NCBI GenBank assembly: GCA_964619725.1
Contig: CAZUFC010000054.1
Location: 1-54,030, forward strand
Source: an uncultured bacterium
GTDB lineage: Bacteria > CSSED10-310 > CAZUFC01
DNA: 54,030 nt
Reading direction: 5' to 3'
Below, in pieces: positions 1 through 8,159 of this stretch (positions are counted from its first letter, which is position 1; each line of letters begins with the position of its first letter). The notes under the pieces are model-generated. The model was not told the origin of the DNA. It worked only from the letters and a program-made list of their open reading frames with translations, and did no database searches. The translations under genes were made by a program, and so were the position numbers.

Positions 1-226
1 TGTGGGTCGGGCTCAAGGTCGGCGAAAGCGTCAACGTCGGGGACTGCGTCGGCGTCTCCGTCGGACTGTAGGTCGGGCTCAAGGTCGGCGAAAGCGTCAA
101 CGTCGGGGACAATGTCGGCGTTTCAGTCGGACTGTGGGTCGGGCTCAAGGTCGGCGAAAGCGTCAACGTCGGGGACTGCGTCGGCGTCTCCGTCGGACTG
201 TCGGTCGGACTCAAGGTCGGACTTAA
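1..226 (-). repeat. Coding tandem repeat, 66-bp period (22 aa of SPT/TPT linker)
   Basis: ggtcgggctcaaggtcggcgaaagcgtcaacgtcggggac recurs at 5, 71 and 137. The minus frame reads [21 protein letters not shown]. Confidence 0.9.
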
Positions 227-1486
227 CGTCGGACTCAGCGTCGGCGTTTTCGTCGGCGTCAAGGTCGGGCTTAAGGTCGGCGTTTCTGTAGGTGTTTCGG
301 TCGGCGTTATCGTCGGCGAAAAAGTCTCTGTCGGCGCCGCTGTCGGAGTCGAATAGCCCGTTTCACTCCCGAAACTGCTCCAGGACGGTTCCGGATTCCT
401 GTAACGCGATATCCTGAAATCATCATATCTGATCGCTCCCTGCCTGATACGAAAACGAACCGTTTTCAACGTCAACGTCGTCGTGTCGCTGGTCGGCGAT
501 ATCTCTCCATATGTGCTGCCGTCCCGCACAATCTTCATATACTCATCATCCATATAAAAATCCAGAGTATACCAATGGTTAGTCGTTCCCGTCGGTTTGT
601 CTTTAAAAACAGAATCCGTCGTTGTACCCTGGACTCTCTTCCTCATCACCTCACTGTCGCCCGAAGTAGTATAATAATTTCCTCCATAAAAATATTCGTC
701 ATCATCTCCGTTCGTTTCCCATAAAATCGTATTGAACGTAGCTCCTTCCACTACAGAACTGTAAACATTGTAAGTATAATGAAAATATAATCCTGTATCA
801 TTAAAAGCATTCTCCGGAAAATACATGTATCTCACCTGGTTGTCGCTCGACGCGTTCAAATAACCCCACTCGTTTGATGAATCATAATTGTGATTCCCTG
901 TGTAAACGCCTAAATTCGAAGAAAAATCATCAAACCATAAAAATGTCTCCGAAGCATCACTCGCGCTGCTCGCCCCAGAATTCCCGTAATACATCAATAT
1001 CTCATCGTCGCTCTCCGCGTCAGATGAAACTTCAACCCATATCTCCGCATTATCCCCGTTCGTTTTCTCCTCAATCCAATAATCCAAAGTCGTAGAATTG
1101 TCCACGTCCACAAAACGAATATCCGAAAAATCAGTGTTGCAGTGTCCATGACAATGAACATCATAACTCGATCCATTCGAATCATAGCCCACCACGATTT
1201 TCATCTGATAATCATTCACCGAATTGCTTATATTGCAACTCTTGTAATATCCCCAGCTCGAATTCCACCAATAACCGTCACGGTCATTCCCGAAACTCCG
1301 TATCGGTTCCCTTATGCCGCCCTTAAGACTCCCTGTGATTACCATAGACAAAAACGCGGCCATGATGATCCAAAATTTCTTTTTACCGGTGCATGAGAAT
1401 GCAAAAGAGCGATTCTCATCCTTTCTCCCTGCAATTGTCCGAAAGCTTTGTTTCAGGACTCTCCGAAAAAACGCATGATCTCTCAT
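1..1486 (-). CDS. Secreted DUF2341-like domain protein with Pro/Thr/Ser-rich linker (3' end runs off the window)
   Basis: Not in the ORF track. Manual translation gives an open frame from ATG at 1486 to the window edge. It has a hydrophobic stretch [21 protein letters not shown]2341-like motifs ([53 protein letters not shown]) and then (S/T)PT repeats. The start codon is uncertain. Confidence 0.8.
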   Translation of the reverse strand, partial: MRDHAFFRRVLKQSFRTIAGRKDENRSFAFSCTGKKKFWIIMAAFLSMVITGSLKGGIREPIRSFGNDRDGYWWNSSWGYYKSCNISNSVNDYQMKIVVGYDSNGSSYDVHCHGHCNTDFSDIRFVDVDNSTTLDYWIEEKTNGDNAEIWVEVSSDAESDDEILMYYGNSGASSASDASETFLWFDDFSSNLGVYTGNHNYDSSNEWGYLNASSDNQVRYMYFPENAFNDTGLYFHYTYNVYSSVVEGATFNTILWETNGDDDEYFYGGNYYTTSGDSEVMRKRVQGTTTDSVFKDKPTGTTNHWYTLDFYMDDEYMKIVRDGSTYGEISPTSDTTTLTLKTVRFRIRQGAIRYDDFRISRYRNPEPSWSSFGSETGYSTPTAAPTETFSPTITPTETPTETPTLSPTLTPTKTPTLSPTLSPTLSPTDSPTETPTQSPTLTLSPTLSPTHSPTETPTLSPTLTLSPTLSPTYSPTETPTQSPTLTLSPTLSPTH

Positions 1487-1674
1487 CTTGAAGCTTCTTC
1501 TCCCGTTTTTCTAATATTTTAAATTTTTATATATTAAAAATGCGAATGATCTTCTCAACCATCCCTTTGTGAGGAGACCTCACTTTCGTAATAATCATTA
1601 TATTAACGATCAATATAAATGCAAATGCCGCTGCCCCTTCAAACAATATCAGGCATCTATCCTAATGAAATCGC

Positions 1675-1791
1675 GGGACTGGTCAAACCGGGGGAACACT
1701 TCTTCCATAACTTTTTACAGTTTATTTCAGTAATCGGGGTCGGGATCGGGATCGCAATCGAAACAAAATGATGGTAATTCTGTCGAATTGT
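1675..1791. repeat. Dispersed intergenic repeat, copy 1 (partner at 13788-13888)
   Basis: By manual alignment the first 70 nt match 13788-13857 at 55/70 positions without gaps. It is followed by ATCGGG-like hexamers. Confidence 0.8.
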
Positions 1792-1868
1792 AACCTTAAA
1801 AGACGCACTTTTGATCAATGCCAAAAATTGATCTCAATGAACTTACGATGGAAGCATCTTATGCTCAG

Positions 1869-1918
1869 CGCCTGTCCAGCATCACGTTTTATATGGACAA
1901 CGGGACGCTGGACAGGCG
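1869..1918. other. Stable hairpin downstream of the 1951-2349 gene
   Basis: Arms cgcctgtccagcatcacgtt and aacgggacgctggacaggcg are 18/20 complementary with a 10-nt loop. There is no clear U-tract on the minus strand. Confidence 0.55.
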
Positions 1919-1950
1919 TTTCGAGTTGCCGAAATTTTCGCGGACAGTCG

Positions 1951-2349
1951 CTAGCCTAAAACCTGGAGCAATTTATATACCGCCAGGGTGAAAAGCAGGA
2001 AGCTGATCAACGTTACGACATAAGCCGTCTTCGTTGTAGGTTCAGCTTTCAGCGCCGGATTATTTTTCTTTTCTTCCGCTTCTATTTCTTCCTTTTCTTT
2101 ATCCGTCAGAAGCTCTGGTTTACTTTCGTAAACGCGTCCGTAATAGCTCAGCGACGTTGTATTGTTTATCCCAAAAGCGTTAAAGAAGAAAAATGAAGCC
2201 AGGAAAAAGGCGAGCATGAGTTTCCATTCAGCGCCCTGAGCGAATAAAACGATGGATGTTATGAGACCGGCGACAGCGATAAGGGTCATAATGATACCTA
2301 TCCAGAGTATCGCCTGGTGTCTTCTGGCTTTTGTCAACTCCTGCGTCAT
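1951..2349 (-). CDS. Small membrane protein, about 3 TM helices, unknown function
   Basis: 132-aa ORF with three hydrophobic segments and a GGAGGAG RBS upstream. Confidence 0.75.
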   Translation of the reverse strand: MTQELTKARRHQAILWIGIIMTLIAVAGLITSIVLFAQGAEWKLMLAFFLASFFFFNAFGINNTTSLSYYGRVYESKPELLTDKEKEEIEAEEKKNNPALKAEPTTKTAYVVTLISFLLFTLAVYKLLQVLG

Positions 2350-2436
2350 AATTTATTTCTCCTCCATATAAACTTCGATTAAGTTTTGGCGGTTTTTGTA
2401 TCCATGATCAAAAATCGCTTCACAAGAGCCGTCGAG

Positions 2437-3483
2437 TTAACTTATCAAACCTCTCTGATAACCTCTCAGGAATCTGGAAAGGGTTTTGGGTTCGGCGTAT
2501 TTGAAGAAATCGCGATTGACGTCGGTGAAATTTTTTCCCTTAAAGATCAGTTGATCGATCAGTTCGTAAGTCTTCTCGTCGGTAATCAAATTGTCCATGT
2601 TCGCGGATGCGATTTCAGCGGCCAGCTTCGAACGGCGATCGCATATTTCTCTGACTCTGTTGCTGACGTTTTTTTCCTTGCCGTTAAAATAAATTATTTT
2701 GGGATAACCGCAAACGCCTGCAGTTTGTCTGAAGGCAAAGTTCAACCCTTTGAGCAGTGCGATGAGCCCGTCGACGCGATCTACGGAATCCCGACGCTCC
2801 ATAATTGATCTGGTATCGGCGAAACGGCTGAACTGCAGTTCGCATGTATCGCGTCCTGAACCCTGCGCCAGAAAAATTTCATGAACTTCTTCACAAACGG
2901 GCCAACGTTCCGTCATATAAAATATCTTAAAGCCGCATTCCGGTCTGTATCCCGCCAGAACCTGGGAATTCCCGTATATTCCTTTAACTTCCTGGGGAGC
3001 TCCTTTATTCGTAATCAGATTGACGGCTTCTTCGATCACTTTGTCGTCTTTTATAGTTATTTCCCGATCTTTGCTGGAATATTTTCCTTCCACCAGGTCA
3101 TTCGCCCTGAATCCGAACTGGCCGACGAGATAATCGTCTATGTGTTCTCTTTTTATCCTGGTGCAAACGTCCTGAGCTATCTGAGCGAGTTCGGCCAGGG
3201 TTTTAAATTTTTCAGGGACCGCACACAGCTTTTTCTTTTCCGCAGAATAAAGCCGAGTGTATTCCTTTTCCACCTGAACGATGAATTCATCGCCGACACT
3301 GGAGCTTCCGGTCTGCCCCATAAACATCCAGGTCTGTTGTTCTTCGCCGAGTTCGCGGTTCGTGACCTGTCTGATTTTTTCGGGCGTAAAAAATACCACC
3401 CATTCGGGATTCCAATACCGAACTTCATCACATATCATCAAACCTTCATCATGATTCAATCTTAATGCATTTATCGAAGTCAT
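2437..3483 (-). CDS. Proteasome-beta/Ntn-hydrolase-like protein, putatively active (Thr1)
   Basis: Starts MTSINAL...GLMICDE. After Met removal it has Thr1, Asp18 and Lys35 (EKIRQV), then MGQTG, VLAGY, FLAQGSG and the helix DGLIALLKGL...GVCG, in proteasome-beta order. Confidence 0.7.
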   Translation of the reverse strand: MTSINALRLNHDEGLMICDEVRYWNPEWVVFFTPEKIRQVTNRELGEEQQTWMFMGQTGSSSVGDEFIVQVEKEYTRLYSAEKKKLCAVPEKFKTLAELAQIAQDVCTRIKREHIDDYLVGQFGFRANDLVEGKYSSKDREITIKDDKVIEEAVNLITNKGAPQEVKGIYGNSQVLAGYRPECGFKIFYMTERWPVCEEVHEIFLAQGSGRDTCELQFSRFADTRSIMERRDSVDRVDGLIALLKGLNFAFRQTAGVCGYPKIIYFNGKEKNVSNRVREICDRRSKLAAEIASANMDNLITDEKTYELIDQLIFKGKNFTDVNRDFFKYAEPKTLSRFLRGYQRGLIS

Positions 3484-4583
3484 TCGGATTTCCTCCCCTT
3501 TCCCTGCTTTTTCGTTTCCGTGCCTTTTGCGTCCATCTCCTCCATTATCTCAGGAATTTCTTTTTCCTTGTAATTTCTCAACAGTAAATCCAATGCCATC
3601 GAATCCTTTGCCGAATCAAAGAATTTCGCTTCAGTCTTTTCCACATCCGCCATTTTTAAAACTAATTCCTCCAGAAGCTTGATCATCTTATCCTCAGCGA
3701 TCATACCCGCCATCTGGGCTCTGACTATTTCGACGCAAAGCCTGGAACGGGAATCAATATATTCTCTGCAGCGCAAATCATGCGTCCCGGCGCCTCCGTC
3801 CAGCAGAATAAAAGGAAAATTACCTCCAATTTCTTTGAAATGCTGCGATGCCAATATGCTTGCCTTTATCAGCTCCACCAACCCCTCTATCGTCGAATAG
3901 CCCTTTTTCCTCAGGGGCAGATGCTTCTGGTTGAAGTCCATGCCGAAAGACATGCCTACCGCATATTTGCCCGCTCCAATGCTTTCGAAACCCTCATGCA
4001 CATAACCCCGGATCGAATTTTCAATCGACAGATGATAACAGCCTATCCCGTCACGAGAATCATGCCCGAATATGACCGCCTTGCTGTCATACACAGCCTT
4101 CAACAAAGCATCTTTAGTCTTTACCGAAGCTATCTGTCTGGCTTCATCTTTGATCTTTTGAGTATTAATCGAAACCTTTTTGCCCTTGTGGTCGAAGTAT
4201 CCCTGGTTCAGTTCGTCCGTGTCGAATCCATAATAAAATTTCAACTTCTGATCGACGCGTCGCCTTACCGCTTCCTGCAGCTTATCGAAAGCTATCCGCG
4301 CCACATCCTCGATCGTCGACGGCGCCGGCGTCTCCCCGTTCTCACCTCTCAATATTCGTCCCAGTTCTTCCCGCGTATCCCTGACCGTCTCATGATGAAT
4401 TGAAGGATATCCCACGCCGCCGTAAATGATCTCCAGATTCCAGGCTTCGCTCATCTTCTCGTCCGTTATTATACTTAAACTGTCGGCGTGATATCTTCTG
4501 CGAAAAAAAACAGTCCAGTACTCCTCATCGGCAATAATCGCTCCCTTATCCCGATCAAAACGCAAGATATTGACCAACGACAT
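3480..4583 (-). CDS. Proteasome-beta/Ntn-hydrolase-like paralogue, putatively degenerate (Ser1, no Lys, GAG)
   Basis: Starts MSLVNIL...GAIIADE, then IYGGVG, STIEDVARIA, AVIFGHD, FESIGAG and EGLVELIKASILA...EIGG. It has an AGGAGG RBS and a 4-bp overlap with the next gene. Confidence 0.7.
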   Translation of the reverse strand: MSLVNILRFDRDKGAIIADEEYWTVFFRRRYHADSLSIITDEKMSEAWNLEIIYGGVGYPSIHHETVRDTREELGRILRGENGETPAPSTIEDVARIAFDKLQEAVRRRVDQKLKFYYGFDTDELNQGYFDHKGKKVSINTQKIKDEARQIASVKTKDALLKAVYDSKAVIFGHDSRDGIGCYHLSIENSIRGYVHEGFESIGAGKYAVGMSFGMDFNQKHLPLRKKGYSTIEGLVELIKASILASQHFKEIGGNFPFILLDGGAGTHDLRCREYIDSRSRLCVEIVRAQMAGMIAEDKMIKLLEELVLKMADVEKTEAKFFDSAKDSMALDLLLRNYKEKEIPEIMEEMDAKGTETKKQGKGRKSE

Positions 4584-4737
4584 CTTTTAAAATCCTCCTG
4601 TAATTTTGTGACCTGTAAGTTCACCTAATAGCGTAAATTCTGTAAAATTACGAAAAACTTCGCTATTTTGTTTTCCATTCGTCCTCATCATCTCTTTCGT
4701 CTTTGAATCTTCCCCGGCGTCAGCGCAAAACCGTCCG

Positions 4738-5295
4738 CTAGCTCTCCTGTTCGCGGTTTTGCGAGGTAATTCGTATCAACGCTTTCCTGTAGTGATCAAA
4801 TGTTTTATCATCAAAGAGCACGAACACAATTTCTTTCAATTTCGTCTCAACGCCTTTTATATATGCCGTAACGGTTTTCATCGCCGTCTCCGCCGCTTTA
4901 TCCGCCGGGTATCCGTATATTCCCGTGCTGATGCTCGGAAACGCTATCGATTTACAATCATGTTTATCCGCCAGTTCCAGGCTTGTCCTGTAAGCCCCGG
5001 CCAGCTTTTCTTCCTCCTCACGCGTCCCTCCGCTCCATACCGGACCGACAGCGTGTATCACATGCCTGGCCGGTAAATTACCCGCTCCCGTTATAACGGC
5101 GCTTCCCGTCGGACACATGCCTATCTCCCGGCACTCATCCAGCAACCTGGGACCGGCTTTTTTGTGTATCGCTCCGTCTACGCCGCCGCCGCCCCGCAAA
5201 CCGGAATTGGCGGCAGTGACTATAGCGTCGGTCTTCTGATCCGTGATATCACCCTGCACCAGCTTCACGACGGTACTACCGATCTTCTTTTCCAT
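4738..5295 (-). CDS. ymdB: Macro-domain protein (O-acetyl-ADP-ribose deacetylase, YmdB-like)
   Basis: Motifs GDIT, DAIVTAANSGLRGGGGVDGAIH and SIAFPSISTGIYGYP. Start moved to ATG 5295, behind a GAAGG RBS. Confidence 0.92.
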   Translation of the reverse strand: MEKKIGSTVVKLVQGDITDQKTDAIVTAANSGLRGGGGVDGAIHKKAGPRLLDECREIGMCPTGSAVITGAGNLPARHVIHAVGPVWSGGTREEEEKLAGAYRTSLELADKHDCKSIAFPSISTGIYGYPADKAAETAMKTVTAYIKGVETKLKEIVFVLFDDKTFDHYRKALIRITSQNREQES

Positions 5296-5317
5296 TTCGC
5301 AACCTTCCTTCGCATCC

Positions 5318-6571
5318 TTACTTAACAAGATTATACAAAGATTTAATCTTTTCCGTAAAATCTTCCCGAGGATCGAATCCCGTTCCTTTATATCGAACTC
5401 TACCCTTCTTATCCAGTACTATCATGCTCGGAATTCCCTGCAACTGAAACTTCACCATAGCTTCTGAACTGTGAGCCAAAGGCAGATCAAGCGATTTCTT
5501 ACTCATAAAATCTTTTATCTTAAGCTTCACGCTCTCCCGGTCTACGCTCAACGCCAGAAATTCTATATCACCCTTCGATTTCAACTTCTCATAAGCCTCT
5601 TCAAACTTGGGCAACTCTATATGACAGGGTTTGCACCAGGTCGCCCACATATTCAAAAAGAGCACTTTGCCCTTGTAATCACTCAATTTCTTTTTCGTTT
5701 TGCCGTCAAGCATGTCCAGCGTCACACGCGGAGGTTCCTCATCAATAAGACTATCTTTTAAAACCTGGAGCTTCTGCTCTTCCAGCGCCTTCTCCGCATC
5801 ACTTACCGCTTCGTCAAATCCTGCTTCATTTCCCCCGTGCGCCGATTTATAAACTTCCCTTAAAAAAGCTTCTCTTTCTTCCGTTAAATCTTCCTTCGGA
5901 GCGAGCAACAACTTGCCTGTCTTCCAGGCGTCTTCATAACGGTCCATCTCATGATAAAGCCTGGCCAGCTTCATTCGCAATTCAGGAATATGCGAGAAAT
6001 CCTCCATTAATTCTTCCAGAATTTCGAGCGCTTTCTGATTTTCTCCCTGCTTCATATAGACAAGCGACAGAGTGTCTTTTATCTGGGCCAGTCTCTGAGC
6101 TTTTATGGCTTCAAACTGACCGGCGTCCATACCCGCTCCGCCGGAAGACTGCAGATTCCCGATCATCTCAACGGCTTTTTTCGCCATCTTTTCAGCCCTG
6201 TCCAGCCTGATTTCGGTTTCCGCCAGTTTGTAAGCCAGTATATTCAAAAAATCGGGACTCCTGTTCTCCATTTCCAATTCCGCTGCCTTTTCCCAAATTT
6301 TCTTCGCCTTCTCCTGCTCGCCGGCCTCCTCATATGTCACGCCCAACTGTATATAAGCCGATCCCGTGAATACCGAATCCGAGTGATCTTCAATGAATTT
6401 TTCGAGCGCTTCGATCTTCTCGTCCGTATCTTTCTCCCGCATCGCTTCCATTAATTCCATGCGTATCTCATCCGCGCTTTTTTCCGTTGCAGCCGCATTA
6501 TATCCCGGAGGACCAATCAAAATCGCAGATGCAACCGCTAATGACATAATCAAAAGATTTCCTTTTTTCAT
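5318..6571 (-). CDS. Exported TPR-repeat protein with C-terminal TlpA/ResA-like thioredoxin
   Basis: Signal-like N-terminus, TPR-like helices and LNMWATWCKPCHIELP (CxxC). Start moved to ATG 6571, behind a GGGAG RBS. Confidence 0.85.
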   Translation of the reverse strand: MKKGNLLIMSLAVASAILIGPPGYNAAATEKSADEIRMELMEAMREKDTDEKIEALEKFIEDHSDSVFTGSAYIQLGVTYEEAGEQEKAKKIWEKAAELEMENRSPDFLNILAYKLAETEIRLDRAEKMAKKAVEMIGNLQSSGGAGMDAGQFEAIKAQRLAQIKDTLSLVYMKQGENQKALEILEELMEDFSHIPELRMKLARLYHEMDRYEDAWKTGKLLLAPKEDLTEEREAFLREVYKSAHGGNEAGFDEAVSDAEKALEEQKLQVLKDSLIDEEPPRVTLDMLDGKTKKKLSDYKGKVLFLNMWATWCKPCHIELPKFEEAYEKLKSKGDIEFLALSVDRESVKLKIKDFMSKKSLDLPLAHSSEAMVKFQLQGIPSMIVLDKKGRVRYKGTGFDPREDFTEKIKSLYNLVK

Positions 6572-6875
6572 CTGAATCTCCCTGTTTATCTTCAACATCG
6601 CGTTTACCGGAGAATCCGGTCGTCTATTCTAATATGCCTTTTGAACAGAAGTAAACCGTATGAGTGAAAAAAAGTCGGAACAAGGCATTGAATTTTTGGT
6701 CAGTCTTAATAGGAATCAATTGAATTGCTGGTTGGCATGCGGCTGTTTTCAGATTTTCCTTGACCTTAAATTTCATTTTATTATATTTGTTTATCCGGTT
6801 GACGCCGGTTTTTAATGGAATTAATGTTCTTACGTTGACGATTAACCCAAAGCAAAATAAGGCTGCGAGGTTCAG

Positions 6876-8159
6876 ATGAGATTATATGAAAATGAAGCAA
6901 AAAAAGTTTTCAGAATGATGGGAATGTCATGCCCGAAAAGTTACGGGGTGATAAATTCGCCGGAGGCCCCCTTACTGGTTGAGGCCGGTTATCCTATGAT
7001 GTTGAAGGCATTGGTGTTGATCGGCGGCAGGGGCAAGGCCGGCGGCATCAAGAAGGTCGAGAATCCCCAAGAAGCGCGAAATGCTGCAGCTCAAATATTG
7101 GGGGCGCGCATTCGCGGCTACGAAGTGAATAGTCTGTTGGTCGAGGAAGCCGTCGAGGAGGTCGCGGCATGCTATGTTGGCGTAACCATGGACCCCGCCT
7201 CTTACAACCTGGCGCTGATGGTCAGTCCTTCCGGCGGAGTAGATATTGAAACTGTGGCGAGAGAAAGGCCGGAGGATATACTGAGGATAGAGATTCAGGA
7301 TAATGCGGAAGAATTGCCGCAGGAAAAGGCGCAACAGGCTGCAGAATTTTTAACGTCGAAACAGTATGCAGACGATCGATTAATCGAAGGTCTGGCGCTG
7401 ACTGTTACGCAACTCTATAATCTTTTCCAGAAATATGACTGTAAAACGGCTGAAATTAATCCTTTAATTATAAGCAAATCAGCTCCTTCGGCTGCTGATG
7501 CTAAAATTGTCATCGACGATAATGCTCTATTCCGCAATCAGGAGTTGCTCGAATCGCTCGGAATCGAAAAAAAGCGACATGACGTTTCCGAATCAACTTC
7601 TCGTGAAATCAGGGCGCTCAAAGCAGGTTTTCCTTACGTAGACCTTCTGCCTGAAGATTTTGAAAAGGACAAAACAAAGCTTTACGTGGGACTGGTCCCC
7701 GGAGGCGCAGGTTACGGCATATTCTCTATTGATGAAGTCGTAAACGTAGGTAATCGTTTCTTCGACGGAAACGCAGTTCCCGTTAATTTTATGGACAGCG
7801 GCGGAGGTCCCTCGCAGGCTGCAGTCGAAGAGATGTTTCATCTGCTGATGGACTATGACATCGTCGATCTCATCATTACATCACGTTTCGGCGGCATTTC
7901 CAGTTGCGATGTGTTCATCAGAGGCTTGATACAGTGCATCCGGGATCGCTATTCACAGGGTCGGCGCCTGGTTCCCGTTTACGGACGCATGGTCGGTACC
8001 GACCTTCCCAGCGCCGGCGCATTCCTGGAAAAAGCCCTTGCCGAAACCCCTGAAGCTCTCTCAGAAATGAAAATCATAGTGGGCAACAGAAAAATTATGG
8101 CGGAAGTGATCAAAGAAGCCCTGGAACGAGGATTCTCTCTGAAAGGAGACGCAGTATGA
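6876..8159 (+). CDS. Succinyl-CoA synthetase beta-like ATP-grasp subunit (citryl-CoA synthetase/ACL-beta-like)
   Basis: Motifs MRLYENEAK, LKALVLIGGRGKAGGI, GGVDIE, AEINPL, DAKIVIDDNALFR and NFMDSGGG. Confidence 0.85.
   Translation: MRLYENEAKKVFRMMGMSCPKSYGVINSPEAPLLVEAGYPMMLKALVLIGGRGKAGGIKKVENPQEARNAAAQILGARIRGYEVNSLLVEEAVEEVAACYVGVTMDPASYNLALMVSPSGGVDIETVARERPEDILRIEIQDNAEELPQEKAQQAAEFLTSKQYADDRLIEGLALTVTQLYNLFQKYDCKTAEINPLIISKSAPSAADAKIVIDDNALFRNQELLESLGIEKKRHDVSESTSREIRALKAGFPYVDLLPEDFEKDKTKLYVGLVPGGAGYGIFSIDEVVNVGNRFFDGNAVPVNFMDSGGGPSQAAVEEMFHLLMDYDIVDLIITSRFGGISSCDVFIRGLIQCIRDRYSQGRRLVPVYGRMVGTDLPSAGAFLEKALAETPEALSEMKIIVGNRKIMAEVIKEALERGFSLKGDAV

Noticed and set aside
2-226. Arg-rich plus-strand ORF (protamine-like)
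   Set aside because: It is the antisense shadow of the Pro/Thr linker on the minus strand.
2437-4583. Ordinary HslV or actinobacterial prcAB
   Set aside because: The proteins are about twice HslV length. Both begin at the nucleophile position with no alpha-type N-terminal extension or propeptide, and hslU, pup, pafA and mpa are absent.
4590-4670. Possible operator upstream of the Ntn pair (repeated ctgtaa; aatagcg...cgctatt inverted repeat)
   Set aside because: The matches are short and in AT-rich DNA, with no regulator nearby to support them.
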